From Verrucomicrobiota bacterium (GTDB lineage Bacteria > Verrucomicrobiota > Verrucomicrobiia > Chthoniobacterales > UBA10450), in contig QHNQ01000023.1 of the NCBI GenBank assembly GCA_003218135.1, forward strand, positions 341 through 64,340: DNA of 64,000 nucleotides, given 5' to 3'. The notes under the pieces are model-generated. The model was not told the origin of the DNA. It saw only the letters and a program-made list of their open reading frames with translations, and did no database searches. A program made the translations under genes and the position numbers. Numbering within the stretch: position 1 is the first letter of the stretch; each line of letters opens with the position of its first letter. Below are positions 52,535 through 61,350 of the stretch, piece by piece.

Positions 52535-53749
52535 ATGAGTCCGCTGCTTTATCTGGTGATCGGATTGATCGCCGGCGGATTCATCGCGGGTGTGATCGTT
52601 CTGCTGGTACGGCGTGGAAGCAACGGCGGCGTAAGCTCGGAGCTGGTCAACCGATTAGAGATGGTCGATCGCAGCTTGCGCGACGAATTTTCGCGTAATC
52701 GCGAGGAAGCAGGCGCGGCGGCGAAGAATCAGCGTGAAGAATTGACCAAGTCGCTCGAAAACGTGCGTTCGGTTGTCGATCTTCATTTGCGGCAATTACA
52801 GGAGGACAACGCGAAGCAACTCGACAAGATGCGCGCGACCGTCGATGAAAAATTGCAGGGCACCCTGGAAAAGCGGCTCGGCGAATCGTTCAAGCTGGTG
52901 AGCGATCGACTTGACCAGGTGCACCAAGGGCTTGGCGCGATGCAGCAATTGGCGAGCGACGTCGGCGGGTTACAGCGCGTGCTGACAAACGTGAAGACTC
53001 GCGGTGGCTGGAGCGAATGGCAGCTTGGCGTTTTGTTGGAAGAAATGCTGACGCAGGACCAGTTCGCTAAAAATATAAAAATGCGCGATGACACCGATGA
53101 GCGCGTCGAGTTTGCGATCAAACTGCCCGGCGATGAGAACTCCGACGGGTCGAGGCCGGGGGTGTGGTTGCCAATCGATGCAAAGTTCCCAATGGAACAT
53201 TACGAGCGTCTCACCACCGCGCAGGAAAAAGGCGATCTCGCAGCTGTCGAAGCCGCGATGAAAACTTTGGAAACGCAGTTGAAGCGGTGCGCGAAAGACA
53301 TTTGCGAGAAATACATCAACCCGCCAAAGACCACCGATTTTGCCCTCATGTTTTTGCCTAGCGAAGGACTTTACGCGGAAGCAATCCGGCGTGTTGGCTT
53401 GGTTCAAAACGTTCAGCGCGACTGCCGCGTTACTTTTGTCGGGCCGACGACGCTCGCGGCGTTGCTCAACAGTTTGCAGATGGGTTTTCGCACGCTCGCG
53501 ATCCAGAAACGGTCGAGCGAGGTCTGGAACTTACTGGCAACAGTGAAAACTGAGTTCGGGAAATTCGGCGAAGCATTGTCTGCAGTGAAAGAGAAAATCG
53601 ATCAAGCTTCGAGGAAGATAGAAGACGTCGACGTTCGCTCGCGCGCGATCAGAAAAAAACTGCGCGATGTGGAAGAACTGCCGTCGAACCCGCAGCCATT
53701 GCTGAGAGATCTTTTGCCGAATGAGGATGACGAAGATCTTCGCGAGTGA
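52535..53749 (+). CDS. rmuC: DNA recombination protein RmuC
   Basis: N-terminal TM helix and coiled coil, then the RmuC core: RGGWSEWQL, VEFAIKLPG, IDAKFP, FALMFLPSEGLY and VGPTTLAALLNSLQMGFR. Confidence 0.85.
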   Translation: MSPLLYLVIGLIAGGFIAGVIVLLVRRGSNGGVSSELVNRLEMVDRSLRDEFSRNREEAGAAAKNQREELTKSLENVRSVVDLHLRQLQEDNAKQLDKMRATVDEKLQGTLEKRLGESFKLVSDRLDQVHQGLGAMQQLASDVGGLQRVLTNVKTRGGWSEWQLGVLLEEMLTQDQFAKNIKMRDDTDERVEFAIKLPGDENSDGSRPGVWLPIDAKFPMEHYERLTTAQEKGDLAAVEAAMKTLETQLKRCAKDICEKYINPPKTTDFALMFLPSEGLYAEAIRRVGLVQNVQRDCRVTFVGPTTLAALLNSLQMGFRTLAIQKRSSEVWNLLATVKTEFGKFGEALSAVKEKIDQASRKIEDVDVRSRAIRKKLRDVEELPSNPQPLLRDLLPNEDDEDLRE

Positions 53750-53761
53750 GCTATCGAGCAG

Positions 53762-54454
53762 ATGAAGACTGCGTTGGTTACCGGAGCCAATAAGGGCATC
53801 GGTCGCGAAGTTGCGCGCCAGCTCGCGGCAAAGGGATTTTACGTGTTCGTCGGCGCGCGGAACCGCAAGGCTGGCGGGAAAGCGGCAGATGAGATCGGCA
53901 AGCACGGCGGAAAGGCAGCGTTTCTCGAGCTCGATGTCTCTGATGAGAGCAGCGTCACCGCCGCTTCGCGGGAGTTCTCAAAGCTTGCAGATCATCTCGA
54001 TGTCCTGGTCAACAATGCCGGGATCATTGTTGATGGTGATGACGGCATCTTGAAAATCAGCGACGAGCTGTTGCGAGAAACACTCGAAACAAACACGCTT
54101 GGCGCGCTGCGGGTGACGCGCGCGTTCGCGTCATTGCTAGCCAAAAGCAAGGCGCCGCGGGTGATCAACGTTTCCAGCGGCGGTGGTCAGTTGACGGGAG
54201 GCGCGGATGGCTGGGCGCCAGGTTATTGCATTTCGAAAACTGCTCTGAATGGCGTGACGTCACAATTGGCGGCGGCACTTCCGAAATTTGCGGTGAATTC
54301 GGTTTGTCCGGGCTGGGTGCGGACGGACATGGGCGGATCGAACGCAACGAGATCCGTAAAAGAAGGGGCCGACACGATTGTGTGGCTTGCTGCTGACGCG
54401 CCGCAAAGTCTGACGGGGAAATTTCTACGGGATCGGAAGGAGATCCCGTGGTGA
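53762..54454 (+). CDS. short-chain dehydrogenase/reductase (SDR)
   Basis: Contains ALVTGANKGIGREVA (TGxxxGxG), NNAG and YCISK (YxxxK). Confidence 0.85.
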   Translation: MKTALVTGANKGIGREVARQLAAKGFYVFVGARNRKAGGKAADEIGKHGGKAAFLELDVSDESSVTAASREFSKLADHLDVLVNNAGIIVDGDDGILKISDELLRETLETNTLGALRVTRAFASLLAKSKAPRVINVSSGGGQLTGGADGWAPGYCISKTALNGVTSQLAAALPKFAVNSVCPGWVRTDMGGSNATRSVKEGADTIVWLAADAPQSLTGKFLRDRKEIPW

Positions 54455-54492
54455 GGGTCCCAATTACGATCACGAGTAAGAGTAAGAAAGAA

Positions 54493-56337
54493 TTACAGCA
54501 CCTGGTCCCATTTGCTCTGGTCTTCCAGCATGATCTTGCGGAGGAGGCGAATGGGCGGCATGCCATGGTTGAGCAGTTCGTTGTGAAACTTTTGTAGTGA
54601 GAAGTCGTCGCCTTGTTGCGCCTTGTAATCGTCGCGCAACTTCAGGATCTGCAATTTCCCCAGCGTGTAATTTAAGTAGCCCGGGTCGAACGTGCCGCGG
54701 ATCGCTTCCTGCCGGGCCGGTTTTTCCTCGTAGTAACAGTTGTCCTGGAAAAATTTCGTTGCCTCATCGAGGGACATGTTTTGCGTGTGCATTTTGATGG
54801 ACACACATAAGCGGCATAAACGAAGAAGGGCTTCATCGGCCTGCGCCATTCGATATTTCGCCGCACGTTTGATGTCCTCTTCGCTCGGGGACGAGCTTGT
54901 CGGGCTGCCGAACCCTTCGTCGAGCATCATTTTCTCGCAGTAATGCGCCCAGCCCTCGATGAAAGCGTAGCTGCCGAAAATTTTCTCGACCCTGCTCGTT
55001 GGCGAAGCGTTCAGGTGCAGGAACTGCACATAATGGCCGGGGTAGGCTTCGTGGATCGACGTAATGTCTGAGGTGTAATAATTGAAGGCGGTGAGCCATT
55101 CTTGTTTTTGTTTCTCCGGCCAATCGTGTTCCGTGGGGGTGACGTAATAATACGCCTCGTTAGCTCGTTTCTCGAATGGGCCCGGTGTGTCCATCGAGGC
55201 AAACGAGGTGGCCCGTAGATATTGCGGGGTCTCTTTGACCTTCGCGCGGACGTCCGATGGGATGCTCACCAGGTGACGGTTCAAAACGTACTTCCGAATA
55301 TTGTCCAGGTCTTTGGCGATATCGGGAATGAGTTTTTCCGGCGCTGGATGTTCGCTCTGGATTTGCTTGAAGACTTCGATCGGGGACTTGTTGGGGTCGA
55401 TCTTTTTCGCGGCTTCGGCAAACGCATCCTGTTCTGCTTTTAATTGCGCCATTCCGATCTCAAGAATTTTTTCGGACGGCAGATCGACGAGCTCGGTCTG
55501 GGCTAGGAAGCGCCTGAATTTTTCTTCGCCGAGCGCGAAATCGAGCGACGCTTTTGGAAGTTTCTCCCGCTCCAGCCATGCGGCATAGTCGTTAAGCGCG
55601 CTTGCTGCTTTACGGTTCGCTTCTTGAAAAGCAACACGGACCTGTTCGTCCTTTACTCCGCTGACGGCGGCGACGAGATCTTTCTTTAGAAAATCAGCCG
55701 AACCTCTGGCAATCTGGATGGCAAGTTCCACAAACGGTTTTGGAAGCGTTTCATTGAGGTTTGTTCTTGCTGCGATGAGGATATTTGGGATTTGCGATTC
55801 GATCGCGGCGAGGCTGCGAACGCGATCGTCGAGCGGCGCAAAATTTCGTTTGATATAAACATTCACATCGGCTGCGCCCGCATAGACCATCGGATTTCGC
55901 TCGAAGATCGACATGTCCTGCATCTCAAAAAGATCCTTCTTCACTGCGGCCTGAAGAATTCGCAGATCGATGGATTGGCGGGGACTCAGTTTGGCTGGAT
56001 CGAATTTGGCCAATACATCGTCGAACCGTCGCAGCCGGTGAAGCTCCGCGTCGAGCGAGAGCCGGCTGTAATCGGTTATTTTGCCGTCGTATTCATGAAG
56101 GCCGAGAGCAGTTCCCTGGAGCGGGTGGGCAGCGAGGTAGGTGTTGATGTAATCCACGGCGCGCGCTTCGAACTCGGTGTCTTCTGTTTGTGCAGCGAAG
56201 GCCGCCGCCCCAAGGCAGAGCCTCAAGAGGACAAGAGCAAACGAGAGAGTTTTTCGGAACGCATTCTCATTAACACCGGGCTTCAGCCCGGTGTAATTAC
56301 ACGAGGAAGACCGAAACCGTTTCAACGGGTTGGGCAT
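54493..56337 (-). CDS. DUF885 family protein (secreted, metalloprotease-like HExxPGH motif)
   Basis: Contains HEAYPGHYVQ and EGWAHYCEKMM. It has a signal-like segment, LSFALVLLRLCLGAAAFAAQ. The start is uncertain because the upstream part of the ORF is repeat-derived. Confidence 0.75.
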   Translation of the reverse strand: MPNPLKRFRSSSCNYTGLKPGVNENAFRKTLSFALVLLRLCLGAAAFAAQTEDTEFEARAVDYINTYLAAHPLQGTALGLHEYDGKITDYSRLSLDAELHRLRRFDDVLAKFDPAKLSPRQSIDLRILQAAVKKDLFEMQDMSIFERNPMVYAGAADVNVYIKRNFAPLDDRVRSLAAIESQIPNILIAARTNLNETLPKPFVELAIQIARGSADFLKKDLVAAVSGVKDEQVRVAFQEANRKAASALNDYAAWLEREKLPKASLDFALGEEKFRRFLAQTELVDLPSEKILEIGMAQLKAEQDAFAEAAKKIDPNKSPIEVFKQIQSEHPAPEKLIPDIAKDLDNIRKYVLNRHLVSIPSDVRAKVKETPQYLRATSFASMDTPGPFEKRANEAYYYVTPTEHDWPEKQKQEWLTAFNYYTSDITSIHEAYPGHYVQFLHLNASPTSRVEKIFGSYAFIEGWAHYCEKMMLDEGFGSPTSSSPSEEDIKRAAKYRMAQADEALLRLCRLCVSIKMHTQNMSLDEATKFFQDNCYYEEKPARQEAIRGTFDPGYLNYTLGKLQILKLRDDYKAQQGDDFSLQKFHNELLNHGMPPIRLLRKIMLEDQSKWDQVL

Positions 56338-56409
56338 GGTCGGCAAGCCGTTGGAACGGTTCGTTCCCGACGGACCTCCGTCACGCGGCGGAAGCCGGGT
56401 GTTAATGAC
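56268..56409 (+). repeat. copy B (full) of the triple-hairpin 'LKPGV' repeat family
   Basis: Contains CATTAACACCGGGCTTCAGCCCGGTGTAAT, CCGTTTCAACGG and GCCGTTGGAACGG, with the terminal inverted GAAGCCGGGTGTTAATG. It is colinear with 1060-1190. Confidence 0.5.
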
Positions 56410-56524
56410 AGTGAGGCAGCTACTCATCTTGCGAGTGTCAATTAAGACAAGGCTCTGCGGTTGGGCGTTGCCAAAATTTCCTCATGAGCGATGATCGCAT
56501 TGTTCTGTAATCTTCGGTTTTAAT

Positions 56525-57823
56525 ATGAGGCGTCTGCTGACCATTCCATTGCTGGCTTGTCTCGTGCTCGGTGCTTTCCCCAGTGCGTTCGCGCAGGAAG
56601 CGCAGCCAGGGAAGGGCGAAGACGATAACGGCTACGCGCAGATTTCCATTTTCGCAAAGGCTCTCGAGTTGATTAGGCAGGATTACGTAGATGATAACAA
56701 GACGAGCTATCACGATCTCATTACGGCGGCAATGAAAGGGATGCTTTCTTCGCTGGATCCGCATAGCCAGTTCATGGACCCGAATGACTTTCGTGACATG
56801 CAAGACGACACGCGCAGCCGGTTCAATGGCCTCGGGATCGAAGTGTCCATGAAAAATGGCCTGCCTACGGTCATCACAGCCATGGAAGATACACCTGCCG
56901 CCAAGGCAGGCATTCTTTCAGGCGACCAGATCTTGCGAATCAACGGCATTTCCACGGAAAGAATGGATCTTCAGGATGCGATCAATGTCTTACGTGGACC
57001 TGCCGGCGCGAAAGTGACTCTGACGCTGCTGCGGCCTGCAACGAAGGAGATCAAAGAATACACCTTGCAACGTGCCGAGATCAAAATCCAAAGTGTTAAA
57101 GGAGCGAGATTGCTCGAGGCGGACCTGACTGGTCCATTCAAGATCGCTTATATCCGACTGATTCAGTTTAACGAACCCACAGCCGAGGAATTATCAAAGG
57201 CACTCGACGACCTGCAGAAGCAAGGAATGCAAGCGCTCATCCTCGATCTTCGGAACAACCCAGGGGGATTATTGAACAGCGCGGTGGATGTTTGCGGTCA
57301 ATTCTTGCCGCCTAATACCAAAGTGGTCTCCACACAGGGACGCGTCGCTTCGCAGCAGCATGATTATTCGACTTCGGTCGTGAAAAAAGAGCGTCCGAAC
57401 TTTCCGATGGTGTTACTCATCAATGAAGGCAGCGCCAGCGGCGCGGAGATCGTCGCAGGTGCTCTCAAGGATTTGCATCGAGCCGTGCTAGTTGGTGAAA
57501 CGACTTTCGGAAAAGGTTCCGTGCAAAATGTGATGCAGTTGCCCGACGGTTCTGCGGTGCGTTTGACGACTGCAAAATACTACACGCCGAGCAAACAGGT
57601 CATCCAAGGCAACGGCGTCACTCCCAACATTCGGGTGGCAATGACCGCCGAGCAGGAGCGCTCGCTCTTCGCATTGCGCAATACGGGAAATATCAAACCC
57701 GAGGAGGAGATGAATATTATCAAGACAAAGGACGCCCAGCTGCTGCGGGCGATTGACGCGCTCAAAGGTGTTATGATTTACGCACAGCAGAGTGCGCCGA
57801 AAGCGGAAGCCGTAAAAAAATAG
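56525..57823 (+). CDS. ctpA: carboxyl-terminal processing protease (S41A) with PDZ domain
   Basis: Contains FNGLGIEV, PAAKAGILSGDQILRING, LILDLRNNPGGLL, GSASGAEIVAGALKD and GETTFGKGSVQ. Confidence 0.9.
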   Translation: MRRLLTIPLLACLVLGAFPSAFAQEAQPGKGEDDNGYAQISIFAKALELIRQDYVDDNKTSYHDLITAAMKGMLSSLDPHSQFMDPNDFRDMQDDTRSRFNGLGIEVSMKNGLPTVITAMEDTPAAKAGILSGDQILRINGISTERMDLQDAINVLRGPAGAKVTLTLLRPATKEIKEYTLQRAEIKIQSVKGARLLEADLTGPFKIAYIRLIQFNEPTAEELSKALDDLQKQGMQALILDLRNNPGGLLNSAVDVCGQFLPPNTKVVSTQGRVASQQHDYSTSVVKKERPNFPMVLLINEGSASGAEIVAGALKDLHRAVLVGETTFGKGSVQNVMQLPDGSAVRLTTAKYYTPSKQVIQGNGVTPNIRVAMTAEQERSLFALRNTGNIKPEEEMNIIKTKDAQLLRAIDALKGVMIYAQQSAPKAEAVKK

Positions 57824-57891
57824 TGTAGAGGCGCTCGCCGCGGCGAGCGCCGCTCAATTTCCTTCGGCGGTTGAAACAACCGCCGCTACAC
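57824..57891. repeat. GTGTAG...CTACAC double-hairpin repeat filling the ctpA-tsaD spacer
   Basis: The palindromes GGCGCTCGCCG/CGGCGAGCGCC and GGCGGTTG-aaa-CAACCGCC are flanked by GTGTAG and CTACAC. Confidence 0.45.
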
Positions 57892-57893
57892 AC

Positions 57894-59018
57894 ATGAAAA
57901 CCGTTCTGGCTCTCGAAACCTCATGCGATGAGACCGCCGTCGCAGTCTTGCGCAGGCGCGACGATCGCTCCGGGAACGAATTGCTTGCCAGCGAAGTGGC
58001 CTCGCAAGTCGCTGCGCACGAAAAATTCGGTGGAGTCGTGCCTGAAGTTGCGTCGCGTAACCATCTTATGTACGCGCCGCCGTTGCTCGATCGCGCCATG
58101 AGCACAGCTAAGATTGATTTATCAAACGTCGATGCGTTTGCGGCAACGAGCGGACCTGGCCTCGCGAGTTCACTGATGATAGGCGCATCGATTGCAAAGG
58201 GATTAGCGATCGGCTTTGGCAAGCCTTATCTCGCGATTAACCATCTCGAAGGGCATCTGCTTTCTCCCTTTTTCGGTGACGCAGATGGCGACGAGCGAGT
58301 CAGGCCAAACGTTTCGCTCATTGTGAGCGGCGGACACACCATGCTGGTTCGTGTGCACGCGCTTTCTGATTACAACGTAGTCGGCCGCACGGTGGACGAC
58401 GCTGCGGGCGAGGCCTTCGATAAAGTGGCAAAGATGCTTGGACTCGGTTACCCCGGGGGTCCGGAAATTGAGAAGCGCGCTCGCGGCGGCGATCCAAACC
58501 GTTTTGATCTGCCGCGCAGCATGCAGGGCTCGGAGAACTTCAGTTTCAGCGGGTTGAAAACCGCAGTGCGCTATTTGTTGCCGAAAATTGGCGTCATCCC
58601 GAGCCGCGCAGACGGCGAGGGACCTCACAGTCAAAGCTTGGAACATCGCGGGCCAATGCGTGATCAATCACCCTTTGAGAGGTCCTTCGTATCCGCTCAG
58701 GATGACAAATTGCTGAGTGACCTCTGCGCGTCACTTCAGCAAGCGATTATCGACGTGCTGGTGACAAAGACGATCGCGGCAGCGCAGAAATACGACGTCG
58801 GTCTCGTGACTGTCAGCGGCGGAGTCGGTTGCAATCAGGAATTGCGACGGCAGTTGGCCGATGCCTGCACTCGTGAGGGATTTGAATTCAAAACCGCAGA
58901 GCCGTGGTTATGCACCGATAATGCGGCGATGATCGCGTTTGTCGCGTTACTGCGATTGGCAGCAGGATTCGAATCGCACGTGACGGAAGAGATCGACCCG
59001 AATCTGGCGCTGGTGTGA
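57894..59018 (+). CDS. tsaD: tRNA N6-adenosine threonylcarbamoyltransferase
   Basis: Contains LALETSCDET, NHLEGHLLSPF, IVSGGHT, VDDAAGEAFDKVAKMLGLGYPGGP, FSFSGLKT, VSGGVGCN and CTDNAAMIA. Confidence 0.9.
   Translation: MKTVLALETSCDETAVAVLRRRDDRSGNELLASEVASQVAAHEKFGGVVPEVASRNHLMYAPPLLDRAMSTAKIDLSNVDAFAATSGPGLASSLMIGASIAKGLAIGFGKPYLAINHLEGHLLSPFFGDADGDERVRPNVSLIVSGGHTMLVRVHALSDYNVVGRTVDDAAGEAFDKVAKMLGLGYPGGPEIEKRARGGDPNRFDLPRSMQGSENFSFSGLKTAVRYLLPKIGVIPSRADGEGPHSQSLEHRGPMRDQSPFERSFVSAQDDKLLSDLCASLQQAIIDVLVTKTIAAAQKYDVGLVTVSGGVGCNQELRRQLADACTREGFEFKTAEPWLCTDNAAMIAFVALLRLAAGFESHVTEEIDPNLALV
58593..58706 (+). repeat. 114-bp palindromic GTCATCC.GAGC-type element inserted in frame within tsaD
   Basis: Starts GTCATCCCGAGCCGCGCAGACGGCGAGGGACCTC and ends GAGAGGTCCTTCGTATCCGCTCAGGATGAC, which are inverted. 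It has the same terminal unit as 13751-13832. It is 38 codons with no stop. Confidence 0.55.
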
Positions 59019-59038
59019 TTAGGGCCGCTCGGCTGAAT

Positions 59039-59073
59039 CTGGGGAGCACAGGCTCCCAGCCTGCGCTCCCCAG
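59039..59073. terminator. hairpin between convergent tsaD and ispA
   Basis: CTGGGGAGC-acaggctcccagcctgc-GCTCCCCAG. The loop motif is shared with 48055-48070. Confidence 0.4.
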
Positions 59074-59077
59074 AATT

Positions 59078-59962
59078 TCAGTACTCGCGTTCGAGCAGAT
59101 AATTCGCCAGCGCGTGCAGCGGTTCTGCATCGCTGTTGTTGAAGATCGATAAAGCATTGTGCGCTTGCCGTGTTAGCCGTCTGGCTTCGGCGCGGGATTT
59201 TTCCAAGCCGATCACCGCGGGGTAGGTCGCTTTTTTCGCGGCCACGTCTTTGCCAGCGCTCTTCCCCAATATCTCGGAGGTCTGCGTTACATCCAGAATG
59301 TCGTCGATGATTTGAAACGCCAGGCCCAAGCGCTGCCCGAAGCGCGTGATAGCAGAAAGTTTTTTCGGGTCTGCGTTGGCGCTCATCGCGCCGAGCCGCA
59401 CCGAGCTTTTCAAAATGGCCGCGGTTTTGTTTTCATGAATGAACTGCAACTGGTCGCGCTTGACGTTCTTACCTTCGGCTTCAAGATCGGCCACCTGACC
59501 GGCGATGAGTTTTTGGCTTCCCGCCGCAACTGCAATCTCGCGCAGCAAGATTGCAACATCGTATCGGGGCGCGGCTTTCGCGCTCGAGACGATTTGGAAT
59601 GCAATGGTCAGCAGAGCGTCTCCAGCGAGCACAGCAATCCCTTCGCCAAAGACTTTGTGACAGGTGGGGCGACCGCGCCGGAAATCATCGTTGTCCATGC
59701 TGGGAAGATCATCATGGACGAGGGAGTAGGTGTGGATGCATTCGAGCGAGCACGCGAGGGGCAGTGCGTTATCGATACTGCCATGACACGCTTCGGCTGC
59801 TGCAAGGCAAAGAATCGGTCGCAAACGTTTGCCGCCCGCGAACAGACTGTAACGCATCGCCTTGTGGAGCGTGACCGGTTTCGTGTTCGCCTTCGGCAGA
59901 TAGCCATCCAGCGCGCGGTCGATCTTTCGTTGCCGGATCTGGAGATACTTTTTCAGATTCAC
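59078..59962 (-). CDS. ispA: polyprenyl (farnesyl/geranylgeranyl) diphosphate synthase
   Basis: FARM LVHDDLPSMDNDDFRRGRPTCH and SARM FQIIDDILD. Confidence 0.9.
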   Translation of the reverse strand: MNLKKYLQIRQRKIDRALDGYLPKANTKPVTLHKAMRYSLFAGGKRLRPILCLAAAEACHGSIDNALPLACSLECIHTYSLVHDDLPSMDNDDFRRGRPTCHKVFGEGIAVLAGDALLTIAFQIVSSAKAAPRYDVAILLREIAVAAGSQKLIAGQVADLEAEGKNVKRDQLQFIHENKTAAILKSSVRLGAMSANADPKKLSAITRFGQRLGLAFQIIDDILDVTQTSEILGKSAGKDVAAKKATYPAVIGLEKSRAEARRLTRQAHNALSIFNNSDAEPLHALANYLLEREY

Positions 59963-60150
59963 ATGACGAAACGGATGCTGACAGCCTGAGTCTTGATACT
60001 CGATAATGCAATCCTGCTCAGAGTGTCCAGCAGCAAGAGGCCTTGAGAGTCAAGCAGCATCAGAATAGGCGTCGGGTTGGGACCCGAAAACATGTGATCG
60101 CAACCTAAGTTTCTCGGGCCTGCTGTGTCTTCCTCTTTGGAGGAATAAAG

Positions 60151-60756
60151 ATGAACGCTGCATTGCTCTACCGACCGCGTGGGCGCTGGACGTTCTGGAT
60201 TGCATTTGCCTGCGCGGCTGCGATTCACGTCGGGGCGGTCGGGCTCGCCAACAGCAGATCTGAGAAGACGATCGTACAAGATTTCAGACCACCTGGAAGT
60301 GACGTTGATCTGGTCGACGAAAACCCGGAACCCGTATCGCCGCAAGAATCGATCACGCCTCCACCTTTGGATCAAGTTCATCCAGATGAGGACGTGTTCG
60401 TGGAGGAGAATCGGACGCAACCACTGGTTCGCGCGCGCAAGAAAACGCGGGCCGCATCTCTCGCGAAAGGCACCGCGGCGCCGTTCGGTTCGGTCAAGGC
60501 GCTGGTGCTGTACGCGCCGCGCCCGGTATATCCGTATGAAGCGCGCCGCCAACGAACAATAGGATCGGGAACGGCTTTGCTAACAGTCGATCCGATAAGT
60601 GGGGAAGTATCTGCTGTTCGTATGTCGCAGAGCAGTGGAAGCGTGATTCTGGATAGTGCAACGATCGAGACGTTCCGGAGGTGGCGTTTCAAGCCGGATA
60701 CCGTAGCGAGGGTTCAAGTGCCAATTACATATACGCTAACGGGAGCGTCTTATTAG
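60151..60756 (+). CDS. TonB family C-terminal domain protein
   Basis: N-terminal TM anchor, a Pro-rich linker (PEPVSPQESITPPP), and a TonB-C domain: PVYPYEARRQRTIGSGTALLTVDPISGEVS...ATIETFRRWRFKP. Confidence 0.75.
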   Translation: MNAALLYRPRGRWTFWIAFACAAAIHVGAVGLANSRSEKTIVQDFRPPGSDVDLVDENPEPVSPQESITPPPLDQVHPDEDVFVEENRTQPLVRARKKTRAASLAKGTAAPFGSVKALVLYAPRPVYPYEARRQRTIGSGTALLTVDPISGEVSAVRMSQSSGSVILDSATIETFRRWRFKPDTVARVQVPITYTLTGASY

Positions 60757-60800
60757 CGTTCAGTTTTACGGATGTGATATTCTTTCACGCGCCAAAATTG

Positions 60801-61349
60801 ATGCGAAGCGAGAGAACAAAGGAAGGGCGAACATTCGAGGAGGTTTTCGAACGATTTGAGATTCCGCTTCTGCAATATGCCGCGCGTATAACCGGAGATA
60901 GGGAAAGGGCGAGGGATGTGGTCCAGGAAACATTCATAAAATTTCAGCGGAATGGTGCATTAAATCGCGCGGATGAACCGGCGACCTGGCTATTCACCGT
61001 TTGCCGGAATGGAGCGCTTAACATTTGCCGCAAAGAAAGGCGAATGATGTATCTCGACGAAGAATTGATCGAGTCTCGCGAAGGGGAACAGCCGATGCCA
61101 TTTGAGCGCCTTGAGGAGGAAGAGGCGGCCGCATTTCTCACGCGGATCATCGGGACACTGCCGCCGCGCCAACAGGAGGTGCTACGGCTGAAATTTCAAA
61201 ATGACCTGAGCTATCGGCAAATTGCCGATATCACAAAAACGACGACGAACAACGTAGGTGTTCTCATTCACACAGCGCTGAAGACATTGCGTCAGCATTA
61301 CCGGGAAGCCTCGAAAGATTTTATTCCGTTCAACCCCAAAACTATCTGA
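60801..61349 (+). CDS. ECF-type RNA polymerase sigma-70 factor
   Basis: Region 2 DRERARDVVQETFIKF plus WLFTVCRNGALN, and region 4 QQEVLRLKFQNDLSYRQIADITKTTTNNVGVLIHTALKTLR. Confidence 0.85.
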   Translation: MRSERTKEGRTFEEVFERFEIPLLQYAARITGDRERARDVVQETFIKFQRNGALNRADEPATWLFTVCRNGALNICRKERRMMYLDEELIESREGEQPMPFERLEEEEAAAFLTRIIGTLPPRQQEVLRLKFQNDLSYRQIADITKTTTNNVGVLIHTALKTLRQHYREASKDFIPFNPKTI

Positions 61350-61350
61350 C

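Noticed and set aside
3067-59989. Many long antisense or off-frame ORFs inside confident genes. Examples: 3067-3600, 3646-4155, 4428-5069, 8995-9804, 19359-20075, 34607-35245, 37246-37965, 42142-42643, 43559-44215, 51658-52323, 55792-56445, 59312-59989 and 59959-60552.
   Set aside because: These are typical shadow ORFs of a GC-rich genome. They are Arg/Ala/Pro-rich, carry no motifs, and each is fully overlapped by a gene with strong family signatures.
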